DNA from: Thermoplasmata archaeon
Lineage (GTDB): Archaea; Thermoplasmatota; E2; UBA202; DSCA01
Direction: 5' to 3'
DNA: 31,369 bases
Assembly (NCBI GenBank): GCA_008297795.1
Contig: VBQP01000012.1
Location: forward strand, 1 to 31,369
The notes under the pieces were generated by a model. It worked only from the letters and a program-made list of their open reading frames with translations. It did no database searches and was not told where the DNA came from. The translations under genes were made by a program, and so were the position numbers. The first letter of the stretch is position 1, and each line of letters starts with the position of its first letter. Below are positions 1-8,509 of this stretch, in pieces.

Positions 1-385
1 TCCATACAACAGACATCTTTATTTCTACCAGAAGAAGGATATCTTCTGCTCTTTGAATCCTCGAAGGCTTTCTTGAAATAGCAACATCAGCGGGGGAGCG
101 TTGCCCAATTCCTATTTCTTCACAAACAACGTTGTGAATTGAGTATGCATTGAATTTATCAGCAATTAGTTGGAGTAATTCACTTGCCCATTTCTCGGTA
201 TAACTTCCGATAAAAGCATTCCTGCTTTGGAGTGTGGATTTCTTTCCTTTATAATGTTTCGGCCAGTATGCCAAGTACCTATTATCTTCTGTGATATAAA
301 ACAGTTGTTCGGGGGTGGCTATCTCTAATGCCCTTCTAAAAAATTTGTACTCCTCATTTTTACTCCACAACCTCTGTATCCTCAT
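1..385 (-). CDS. Probable PD-(D/E)xK type II restriction endonuclease-like protein (partial, runs off the left edge)
   Basis: Manual translation of the minus strand from ATG at 385 (GGAGG 8-9 nt upstream): MRIQRLWSKNEEYKFF...LQSRNAFIGSYTEKWASELL...SPADVAIS...LLLVEIKMSVVW. E..(P)AD..E-x-K spacing fits a PD-(D/E)xK active site. Absent from the ORF track because it has no stop in the window. Specificity unknown. Confidence 0.6.
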   Translation of the reverse strand, partial: MRIQRLWSKNEEYKFFRRALEIATPEQLFYITEDNRYLAYWPKHYKGKKSTLQSRNAFIGSYTEKWASELLQLIADKFNAYSIHNVVCEEIGIGQRSPADVAISRKPSRIQRAEDILLLVEIKMSVVW

Positions 386-534
386 CTATTTTCCCTCCAA
401 CATACAACCACTAAAGGCAGGTATGAGTCATATTGTTTTTCCATCTTCATACTTAATTAAGACGAGCATTATAACTATTTTCATTGCTTTCTAAATGTGC
501 CAATCAGTTTAAGGACAATAAACAAGAGCGGAAC

Positions 535-1410
535 TCAGGAGCCGCCGCCCTCGCCCCCGCCGCTAAAGCCCGAAAATCCCTGCATTGCAAGTGCCCCCAT
601 CACAAAACTGAGCAAAGATACTGTGAGCAGATTGAAGTTTATGGAACGCATCCCGAGCCCTATCGCAAATGTCATTGCTGAAAAACCGTTGTACAGGTCG
701 AGTACAAACGGTATATGAACGTGCACTCCAACAAATCCAGCGAGAGCCATAAAACTTGCAAAGGCGGTCAGATGATAATTTCTTAAGAGGCCCTTTGTTT
801 CGACCATCCCGAAGGCGCCCCAGCACATATCTGCAATATCAAAACGGAGGAATCCTGAACTTCCGAAAAGTTTGCTCATGCCTATTATTGGCGGAAACCC
901 GAGATGTGCCTCTCCGCTAACGAGGTATAGGGCGTTGACCGTGCAGAAAAAGTTTAGCAACAAAGGCAGATTGAAGAGACCCATTGCTTCGTAATTTGAT
1001 TTTACCTCCTCTGCCCCGGACTCAGTGAATGCCATTTTACCTGCTTTTTTGTACATTTCACTCTGCCAGTTCTGAAGTGATGCTTTTGCGACCAAGCCAT
1101 ATTCCTTAAGTATGGAAAATCTTTCTTCAATTGTTTTTGCTTCCACCAACTTCTCTTTGAGCGTATTTGCATCATTCACTGTAAGTCTTACTGCCTTCTC
1201 CTCTCCATAACCATCTGCACCATATTGCGTGACTTCGACTTCAACATATTCATCTTGGGCACTGCTCTGCTCTTCGATTATTTCATGGTTTGCCTGCGCT
1301 CCGAAAGGTGAGAAATTCTGTGCGGTAAGCGGCATTGCTGAAATACCAAGCAATATTGCCACAATGACGAACGCCAATCCTTTTTTCATACTGCGTTTTT
1401 TATTTTCCAT
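535..1410 (-). CDS. Secreted or membrane-anchored hypothetical protein
   Basis: 291 aa; basic N-terminus plus hydrophobic signal peptide (MENKKRSMKKGLAFVIVAILLGISAMPLTA), acidic helical middle, hydrophobic C-terminal half, Gly-rich tail. Confidence 0.75.
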   Translation of the reverse strand: MENKKRSMKKGLAFVIVAILLGISAMPLTAQNFSPFGAQANHEIIEEQSSAQDEYVEVEVTQYGADGYGEEKAVRLTVNDANTLKEKLVEAKTIEERFSILKEYGLVAKASLQNWQSEMYKKAGKMAFTESGAEEVKSNYEAMGLFNLPLLLNFFCTVNALYLVSGEAHLGFPPIIGMSKLFGSSGFLRFDIADMCWGAFGMVETKGLLRNYHLTAFASFMALAGFVGVHVHIPFVLDLYNGFSAMTFAIGLGMRSINFNLLTVSLLSFVMGALAMQGFSGFSGGGEGGGS

Positions 1411-1513
1411 TTTCTGCCCCCAGCCGTAATCCTGTATGGATTTAAAAATTTAACCTTGTTTTGGTTTTCAGTTCCACAATCCTTTAAAAACGTAAGGTGA
1501 TTCGCCAGAGTTA

Positions 1514-2692
1514 ATGCCGAAGATTAGTAAGGAAAACATAGCACTCATATGCGTCTCGATCGGATGGTTCCTCATATTCTCGGGAAGACTGAGCATATCC
1601 ACCCTGCTGGTTACCATAGAGGAGAGTTTTGGCATGAATCATGCTCAGGCAGGTTTGGCTCTTACCGGCATGTGGTTTTTTTACGGGTTCATGCAGTTTC
1701 CTTCAGGTGTGATATCTGATTTGAAAGGGCGGAAGGCGACCATAATAGCATCTATGACGATATTTTCATTTGCTTATCTCATGATAGGTTTATCTGTTCA
1801 TTATCTCATGTTCTTTTTCATGCTCATTCTGCTCGGCATAGGGGGCGGGAGTTTCCCCACAGCAGGGATTGCCATGCTTTCAGACATTTTCAAAGAGAGG
1901 AGGGGAAAAGCCCTGGGCATTCAATCGAGTTTTGGCTCAATCGCAGGAATCATGCCGATAGTTGCTCCGATCATCGCCTCTTTTAACTGGCGATTCTTCT
2001 TTTTCATATGGGCAGCCCTGGGCATTCTATCGCTTTATCTTTTTCTCACATGCACCGAGGAATCAACAAAATTACCCTCGGGCGAATCAATGCTTGCTCG
2101 CTTTGCCGACAGTATGGCTGCCCTCAAGGACAGGAAAATAATCTTAATTTTTTCCATAAACCTGATTGCGACCCTTTCGTGGATAGGATATATCTCCTTC
2201 TTTCCAACATATCTCATAGAAAGCAAGATGTTCACTGAGATAGAGGCAGGAATTTCATTTGCCATTCTCACACTGGGCGGATTTGTGTTGAAGCCACTGA
2301 TAGGCTCGCTTTCTGACAGATACGATAAAAAAGTCATTATGCTCTTTCTCATATCAACATCTGCAATAGGCACCCTTTCCCTCGTTTACTTTAATTCATT
2401 TATTGCGATCCTACTCATAAGTTTCGCCCTTTCAACATCAAGCGCCTTTTTCCTTGTTGCAAACTCATATCTTCTCGGGATGTGGGGGGAGAGGGGGAGG
2501 GGAGGTCGCCTGGGATTTTACCGCTCCCTCCTTATTTTAACAGGCAGCCCCACTTCTGCTCTCATCGGGGCTTATGCAACTGACGGCGGCTTTTCTTTCC
2601 CATTTCTTGTGATTGCCCTCCTCCTCTCCATCGGCGCCCTCTTCCTTCTGGTAAACATTGTTTTTGGCGGCATGGAGCAGGAAGGCATGTGA
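1514..2692 (+). CDS. MFS transporter
   Basis: 392 aa with about 12 hydrophobic segments; MFS motif A-like GVISDLKGRK and GSLSDRYDKK in both halves. Confidence 0.92.
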   Translation: MPKISKENIALICVSIGWFLIFSGRLSISTLLVTIEESFGMNHAQAGLALTGMWFFYGFMQFPSGVISDLKGRKATIIASMTIFSFAYLMIGLSVHYLMFFFMLILLGIGGGSFPTAGIAMLSDIFKERRGKALGIQSSFGSIAGIMPIVAPIIASFNWRFFFFIWAALGILSLYLFLTCTEESTKLPSGESMLARFADSMAALKDRKIILIFSINLIATLSWIGYISFFPTYLIESKMFTEIEAGISFAILTLGGFVLKPLIGSLSDRYDKKVIMLFLISTSAIGTLSLVYFNSFIAILLISFALSTSSAFFLVANSYLLGMWGERGRGGRLGFYRSLLILTGSPTSALIGAYATDGGFSFPFLVIALLLSIGALFLLVNIVFGGMEQEGM

Positions 2693-2776
2693 GAGAGGCA
2701 ATGATTGCAGTATTTGAACTGCGGCTTGCATCCCTCAAAAATTTTATACACTGTTGCCCATTTCAATGTGAAGAAA

Positions 2777-4045
2777 ATGAGTGAAGATTTGGGCGCCGTG
2801 ATTGATGAGATTATGAAATCTGTTGAAGGGGATGTCAGCAGGGAGGATGTAGAAAGCAATTTGAGAAAGTTTATTGATTATGGGGTGCCGGTTGAGCAGG
2901 CAAAGCAGGCGGTGATAAAGAAATACGGAGGAAAGCAGGCTGTTCAGGTGGTACAGAAGAAACTGGGCGAGGTGGAGCCAGATGACAGGCGCCTTTCTTT
3001 TATAGGAAAAATAGTTGCCATTGATGAGAGGGAGGTCGAAGTCAGGGGCGAGAAGAAAAAAATATTCAGAGGGCTTATAGGTGATGAAACAGCAGTGCTG
3101 CCCTTCACCGCCTGGAAGGATTTCGGGCTTGAGCAGGGAGAGGTTGTGCGCGTAAAAAATGCATCTGCCGGAGAGTGGGGAGGGCAGCCCAGATTGAATT
3201 TCTCCGAGTGGACTGAAGTGGAGAAAACAGATGAGCAGGTGGATTTGATAAAGAGGAAGCCGCAGCATTACGACATAATTGATTTGAAGCCAGGTCTTTC
3301 CAATATCGAGGTTAAGGCGAAGTTGCTCACGATGGAGGAAAGAGAAGTAAGCGTTGAGGGAACTATTAAAAAAGTTTATACCGGAATTATGGGCGATATG
3401 ACAGGTAAGATACGCTACACTTCCTGGACAGATTTCGGGATAAGGGAAGGGGATGTCGTTGAGATAAAGGGTGCATATACCAAATCGTGGAGAGGCGCTC
3501 CTCAACTCATATTTGATGAGAACGCAACTGTAGAGAAGATTGATGAGGATATTGCCATATCGGAGATGAGCAAGAAGAGCATACCCATTTACAAACTTGT
3601 GGAGGCGGGGGGAGGGGTGGATGTTGCTGTTGAGGGGGTTGTCATTGAGATTCAGAGTGGCTCCGGCATAATTTACAGATGCCCCAAATGCAACAGAGCG
3701 ATAAGCGAAGGTGTTTGTCCTGTTGACGGGGAGGTTGAGGGCATCCCTGATTTGAGAATAAAGGCTGTCGTGGACGACGGGACAGGTGCTGTCAATGCTG
3801 TGTTCAATAGGGAGACGACTGAAAAATTAACCGAAAAGACACTCGAAGAATTCAGAGGCATGAATGATGGCGAAGTAGAGGAGGAATTAAAAAATCTGCT
3901 TATAGCGCATCCCATTCACGTTGAGGGAAATGCTTTATCTGATGAATACGGTGTCACCCTCATAGTACAGGATGCAGAGATGGTCACACCTGCTGTGGAG
4001 CAGGAAAGGGAAGAACTTCTCTCCAAGATGGAGGTGATGGAATGA
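2777..4045 (+). CDS. rpa: Replication protein A (multi-OB-fold ssDNA-binding protein with C-terminal Zn finger)
   Basis: Repeated OB-fold motifs (GLIGDETAVLPFTAW, GIMGDMTGKIRYTSW, AVVDDGTG) and CPKC-x8-CPVD. Start moved to ATG 2777 (MSEDLG), downstream of a TATA-like TTTTATAC near 2741. Confidence 0.9.
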   Translation: MSEDLGAVIDEIMKSVEGDVSREDVESNLRKFIDYGVPVEQAKQAVIKKYGGKQAVQVVQKKLGEVEPDDRRLSFIGKIVAIDEREVEVRGEKKKIFRGLIGDETAVLPFTAWKDFGLEQGEVVRVKNASAGEWGGQPRLNFSEWTEVEKTDEQVDLIKRKPQHYDIIDLKPGLSNIEVKAKLLTMEEREVSVEGTIKKVYTGIMGDMTGKIRYTSWTDFGIREGDVVEIKGAYTKSWRGAPQLIFDENATVEKIDEDIAISEMSKKSIPIYKLVEAGGGVDVAVEGVVIEIQSGSGIIYRCPKCNRAISEGVCPVDGEVEGIPDLRIKAVVDDGTGAVNAVFNRETTEKLTEKTLEEFRGMNDGEVEEELKNLLIAHPIHVEGNALSDEYGVTLIVQDAEMVTPAVEQEREELLSKMEVME

Positions 4046-4866
4046 GGGAACCTGCACTCCGTGTTTTCGCAGGCGAGTACAATGAATCCACCCATGTCCT
4101 CAAGGGCGAGGGCGAGAAAACCCCATCTTATGTCATCACGCCTCTGGGGGCGAAAGTGAATCGCCTCTTCATTGTGGGCGTTCTTACAGATGTGGAGAAT
4201 GTCGCCCAGGAGGGCGAAATGTGGAGGGCGCATCTTTCCGACCCAACAGGCATATACAGCATATACGCAGGGCAGTACCAGCCCGAGCCTGCTGCCTTCC
4301 TTTCCCGGGCTGAGACGCCGAGTTATGTAGCAGTTGTTGGAAAGGCAAGGGTATACGAGCCAGAGGAAGGGACATTGTTTGTTTCAATCCGCCCTGAAAT
4401 GATGAAGGAAGTGGATGCGATGCTGCGGGATTACTGGATTGTCGAAGCATGCAAACATACGTATACAAGAATGAAGGCAATGAAAGAGGCGATGGAGATG
4501 GACCCTCCATCCGTATATAAATTGAAGGAACTTGGTTATCCATCTCTTATTGCGGAGGGTGTAGTGGAGGCGCTGTCAGCATACGGGGATGTGGACATTG
4601 AGCATTACCAGTTTTTGATAAAAGAGGCTCTGGCGCATTTTGAAACAGGGAAGATAGAGTATATGAAGGAATTGGGCGAGGCAGAGGAAAAAGTTCTGGA
4701 AATCGTGAAAAAATGTGAGGGAGAGGACGGCGCTCTGTGGGATGAGATAGTTGACAGCGGGGAAAAGGAAGGAATGGAGAGGAATCTCGTGGAGGAAGCA
4801 CTTGCATCTCTCATGGACAAAGGACTTGTATACGAGCCAATTTTGGGAAAATTGAAGACAACATAA
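4042..4866 (+). CDS. RPA-associated OB-fold protein (Rpap / COG3390-like)
   Basis: ATGA overlap with the rpa stop; MREPALRVFAGEY...TPLGAKVNRLFIVGVLT...SDPTGIYSIYAGQYQPE...VAVVGKAR...SIRPE; C-terminal winged helix. Same operon layout as euryarchaeal rpa-rpap pairs. Confidence 0.85.
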   Translation: MREPALRVFAGEYNESTHVLKGEGEKTPSYVITPLGAKVNRLFIVGVLTDVENVAQEGEMWRAHLSDPTGIYSIYAGQYQPEPAAFLSRAETPSYVAVVGKARVYEPEEGTLFVSIRPEMMKEVDAMLRDYWIVEACKHTYTRMKAMKEAMEMDPPSVYKLKELGYPSLIAEGVVEALSAYGDVDIEHYQFLIKEALAHFETGKIEYMKELGEAEEKVLEIVKKCEGEDGALWDEIVDSGEKEGMERNLVEEALASLMDKGLVYEPILGKLKTT

Positions 4867-4885
4867 ATGGATGATTTATCCTGCT

Positions 4886-5116
4886 CTACATCCTTTTCAC
4901 AATGTTCAAATCACCAGGATACATGTCAGATATTTGAGGATGCATTTGATCCCATTCTCTGTTTGTCCATTTTGCAGCATATGCATATGCCTCTTCTGCT
5001 GATATCCAGCCATCGTTGTTTCCGCCATACTCTGAATTGGTATCTGGGTCGTCACGAGCAAAAGCACCATCCTTACCTTCGATAGGTGTTGGCCAGTTGT
5101 ACCGTTTATTCCACAC
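4886..5116 (-). pseudogene. C-terminal remnant of a caspase/C13-like secreted peptidase
   Basis: GNNDGWISAEEAYAYA...QMHPQISDMYPGDL resembles the C-terminus of archaeal caspase-fold proteins. There is an in-frame TAA six codons upstream of the GTG, so no catalytic domain is encoded. Confidence 0.5.
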
Positions 5117-5165
5117 ACCAATAAAATATACAAATTAAAATAGTAGAATATATTTCACATCTAGC

Positions 5166-6584
5166 ATGGCAGAGAAGATTTCATTTCCTGAACCTGATGA
5201 AGTTTTGACTGAAAAACCATCTCTCAAAAAATATCTCCGCTACTTACTTTTCTTCGGACCAGGGGCAATAATAGCGTCTGCGACGATAGGGCAGGGGCAG
5301 CTCATACTCGGACCGCAGATAGGAGCATGGGCTGGATTTGATTTGCTGTGGATAATATCTCTCAGCATTGGCTCTTACATTCTTGCTTATGTTACCGCCA
5401 GATTTACGCTTTTATCTGGCATAAACATGGTTGACCTTTTCGCAATAAAAACAAAAAAAGGATTTCTCAACTGGGTGTTTATAGCAATAATAATTGTATT
5501 CGTTCCCCTTTTTGCCGCTGCGATAATAACAACCCTCGGCAAATCTCTTGAATGGATTTTCGGCTTCGGAAATTACATGGCATGGGGCATATCTTTTTCC
5601 CTCATTGCCCTCGCCCTTGTGCTTGGCGGGAGATATAAAATTGTTGAGCACACACAGGCTTTTTTTGTTGCAGTGCTTGCGATAGGCGCGATAGGCTCAA
5701 TAATAGCAGTGAAGCCGGACATACTCAAAATCATCCCCCACTTTTTTATAATAAATATCCCGCAGTATCCTGATTGGGTTCCCCAGAACGTTAAGGCAAC
5801 TCCTGTTCCTCTTGTAATGCTCGGCTACATAGGTACCCTAACAATAACAATAATAACGTTTGTTGGCTATTCAGGCTGGCTCAAAGTAAAGAGATGGGGA
5901 ATTTTTAAGGGAAAAGAAGATCCTGAAAAATTTTCACGCAGCATGTTCGAACTCTTTGAGAAAGAGGGAAAAATAAATTATCTTCCCGATGATAGAAAGG
6001 AAATAAAAAAAGCCCATCTGCTTTTAAGACCATCTCTTGTTGACCTCTCCATTGCTTTTGTGGTTGTTGCAGTTGTTTCATCTGCTTATATGCTGGCAGG
6101 CACCTACCTGCTGGGGCCAAAGCATGTCCTGCCGTCCGATATCCATCTCATTGAGGAACAGGCTGTCATATTTTCCAATATTGCAGAGTGGCTTGTCCCT
6201 CTTTACAAAATAAGCGTATTCTTTGCTTTATTCGGAACAATATATGCGGGCTTTGAGGCAGCGTCAAGAATGCTTTATGAAACAATGGGTGCTGTTGTGC
6301 CAAAGTTGAGAAATGTGAAATACAAAAAATTCATGGTCATGCTTTCGGTGTATCTACTTGCCCTGGGTATCCCTCTCGCAATATCCGGCATATCAATAAT
6401 ACTCATGCTCAGCATCACACTGCTTTTTATAGGTGTGGTGGGCGTAATAATTTATGGAATCGGAGCAGTTTATTTAAGCCAGAAAATTTTACCACCAGAG
6501 TACAAAATGGGAAAGGCCGGCACAGCAATAGCAATTCTTGCCATAATATTCCTCATACTCCCCCTTTTACTCCTGTTAGTATAA
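5166..6584 (+). CDS. Nramp-related (APC superfamily) transporter
   Basis: 472 aa with about 11-12 TM; N-terminal FGPGAIIASATIGQGQLILGPQIGAWAGFDLLW typical of Nramp-like families, but no DPGN motif. Confidence 0.8.
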   Translation: MAEKISFPEPDEVLTEKPSLKKYLRYLLFFGPGAIIASATIGQGQLILGPQIGAWAGFDLLWIISLSIGSYILAYVTARFTLLSGINMVDLFAIKTKKGFLNWVFIAIIIVFVPLFAAAIITTLGKSLEWIFGFGNYMAWGISFSLIALALVLGGRYKIVEHTQAFFVAVLAIGAIGSIIAVKPDILKIIPHFFIINIPQYPDWVPQNVKATPVPLVMLGYIGTLTITIITFVGYSGWLKVKRWGIFKGKEDPEKFSRSMFELFEKEGKINYLPDDRKEIKKAHLLLRPSLVDLSIAFVVVAVVSSAYMLAGTYLLGPKHVLPSDIHLIEEQAVIFSNIAEWLVPLYKISVFFALFGTIYAGFEAASRMLYETMGAVVPKLRNVKYKKFMVMLSVYLLALGIPLAISGISIILMLSITLLFIGVVGVIIYGIGAVYLSQKILPPEYKMGKAGTAIAILAIIFLILPLLLLLV

Positions 6585-6758
6585 AATCAAAGGTGGGGAA
6601 GAGGGTAAAAAATCCACATTATGGGTGGTAAAATTCACTCAATGGTGGAGGCATTTCTCCCTACCCTCTTGCCCCTTCATGTATATATGAGAAATATAAC
6701 CTATGTATTTAATATTTTCTAATGATGCATTTTCATAATCTGTCGCTGTAAATGCACA

Positions 6759-6770
6759 TTTTTTATATAT
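6759..6770 (+). promoter_or_regulatory. TATA box of tRNA-Ile2
   Basis: TTTTTTATATAT ends 23 nt before the tRNA 5' G. Confidence 0.65.
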
Positions 6771-6792
6771 CCGATTTAGATATGGGTTTTGA

Positions 6793-6873
6793 GGGCCCGT
6801 AGCTTAGCCAGGTGGAGCGTCTGGCTCATAACCAGATGGTCGCCGGTTCGAATCCGGCCGGGCGCCGGGCCCA
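6793..6873 (+). tRNA. tRNA-Ile2 (CAU, agmatidine-modified type) with a 7-nt duplication in the 3' acceptor strand
   Basis: GGGCCCG acceptor 5' strand, D-arm GCTT/GAGC, anticodon stem TCTGG/CCAGA with CAT at 6827-6829, T-arm GCCGG-TTCGAAT-CCGGC, then CGGGCGC CGGGCCC A. The GGGCCCG...A73 pattern matches archaeal Ile2 rather than Met. Confidence 0.85.
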
Positions 6874-6885
6874 TTTATTATAATT

Positions 6886-8430
6886 TTAATTCTCGTAATT
6901 GAAATATGTTAAATCTAGGTCATGCCAGTCATCGAAATCGTTCATGCCATGGGAGCCATCTGAGTAGTCAACAAGTATGTACGTATAACCATAATTCATG
7001 CAACTTTTGTAAGGACGGTATTTCCAGTAATCTAATTTCCACGGGGAGATTGTATCGGGATTGTCCACTCCCGGATTGAATATATCGAGGGTATGCCCTG
7101 TCTCATGCATGAAAACACTGCCATACACTATAGCCCTGTCAACAAAGAACAGTTGCCTGCATTTATCCTCTATGTACTTGGTGGAAATCTGGAATTCATC
7201 TCTTTTTATGGTATATCCGTTGAATCCGCCATCATAAACAACAAGGGCGTAGTGAAATATGCCCTGCCTCCATTCGTTTTCGCCGTTGTGCAGAAAATAT
7301 GTTTCGTAGTAGTCTTCCCTCAGCTTCCTCCCGCTTGTTTTTGCTGCAAATGGTATCATCTCCCCGCCGCCCATGCACCCATCATCAAGATGGTAAACAA
7401 TATTGTGCTTATCATAGGCGGTGCGAAGTACATCCTTTGAACCATCTGGAAGCAAACTGGCAGGTTCACCGTTGGGGCCTGCCTCCATCTGGTCAACTTC
7501 TATGAACAAATCCTTTCTGAATGGGTCGGAGCCCCACTGGGAGGTGAGATATTCCTCCACATTATTCAGCCCATCTTCATCTTCATCGATATTGGTGTGG
7601 TTCTCCCATACAAACGGATCGTAAAGCCATACGTCCTCGACTTCGTCATTCCACCAGTGGAGTTGAAAATAGTGTCCCCATTTCCATTCCCATTCTATCG
7701 GTACGCCATCCCCATCAGCATCTTCTCCCGTGTTATCAACTTCGGGGTCTGTATGGTATATGTTTTCCTCTGTCCAGTAAGGTATGCCATCTCCGTCATA
7801 GTCATTCTGATAAATATCGAACCATATTTCGCAATCCCTGTTGCTCTGGTATATGCTATTGTCATCGCATCCATTTGCTCTCCCGTAGCCGCTCAAATCA
7901 GGGTAACCCCAGTATTCTTCGGGGGAATTAAAATCGTCGCCATACCAGTGTCCTGTCTTTATGCTGTACATGAGGTCGAGGTCGCGGCTTCCGGTATAAT
8001 TGTCGTAGTTGTTATCTATATCGCACAACTTGTCACCAAGCGGGTCGGCATCCCAGAGCTGTATTGTTATATTTACAAATTCTTTATCATCTGGAACATC
8101 GAGCGAGACGCTCCAGTCAGGATTGACATATCTCTGATTTCTCCAGACAGGGCTTTTAAACTCCTCCCCGTTGATGAACACCTTTACATAAAAATCCGGG
8201 TCGCTGAATCTGTCTATCTCGTCGATGGTCCTTCCAAGATATTTCGTTTCCAGTGAGCGAATTTCCTTTATCTTCACGGTGACGGCAACATCATCCAGAG
8301 GGTCGTAATCCTCTGAGGTTTTCGTCGAACTAAAATTATTTCTCCCTTCCTTTTCCAGGAAAGTAAAGCCGTTCAGTGGGGCAGCAATCAATATTGCTGT
8401 TGCAACAGCCAGCAAAGCAATTTTTTTCAT
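6886..8430 (-). CDS. Secreted zinc metalloprotease-like protein with Ca-binding DxDxDG repeats
   Basis: Signal peptide MKKIALLAVATAILIAAPL (start moved to ATG 8430); C2-like N-terminal region (DPDFYVKVFING...QLWDAD); DYDGDGIP, DADGDGVP, DEDEDGLNN repeats; HExxH motif MHETGHTL. Confidence 0.72.
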   Translation of the reverse strand: MKKIALLAVATAILIAAPLNGFTFLEKEGRNNFSSTKTSEDYDPLDDVAVTVKIKEIRSLETKYLGRTIDEIDRFSDPDFYVKVFINGEEFKSPVWRNQRYVNPDWSVSLDVPDDKEFVNITIQLWDADPLGDKLCDIDNNYDNYTGSRDLDLMYSIKTGHWYGDDFNSPEEYWGYPDLSGYGRANGCDDNSIYQSNRDCEIWFDIYQNDYDGDGIPYWTEENIYHTDPEVDNTGEDADGDGVPIEWEWKWGHYFQLHWWNDEVEDVWLYDPFVWENHTNIDEDEDGLNNVEEYLTSQWGSDPFRKDLFIEVDQMEAGPNGEPASLLPDGSKDVLRTAYDKHNIVYHLDDGCMGGGEMIPFAAKTSGRKLREDYYETYFLHNGENEWRQGIFHYALVVYDGGFNGYTIKRDEFQISTKYIEDKCRQLFFVDRAIVYGSVFMHETGHTLDIFNPGVDNPDTISPWKLDYWKYRPYKSCMNYGYTYILVDYSDGSHGMNDFDDWHDLDLTYFNYEN

Positions 8431-8509
8431 GTTTATGCAGTTTAAACCATTATAAAAATCTTTCAACGCCCAGAAATAGTTTTATATTTTGCAAGCGTTA
8501 AGCACATTA

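Noticed and set aside
2744-3505. 253-aa antisense ORF and the many other 60-190 aa antisense or alternate-frame ORFs
   Set aside because: They overlap well-supported genes, have no recognisable motifs and look like shadow ORFs.
6728-6756. C/D box sRNA-like stretch (ATGATGC...) with a short inverted repeat
   Set aside because: Box C is imperfect, there is no CTGA box D, and it overlaps the tRNA promoter region.
6859-6865. Treating the 7-nt insert as a BHB intron
   Set aside because: No bulge-helix-bulge can be drawn and the length is too short.
6793-6873. Calling the CAU tRNA Met or initiator Met
   Set aside because: No A1-U72 pair or triple G-C anticodon stem of initiators; the GGGCCCG acceptor matches archaeal Ile2.
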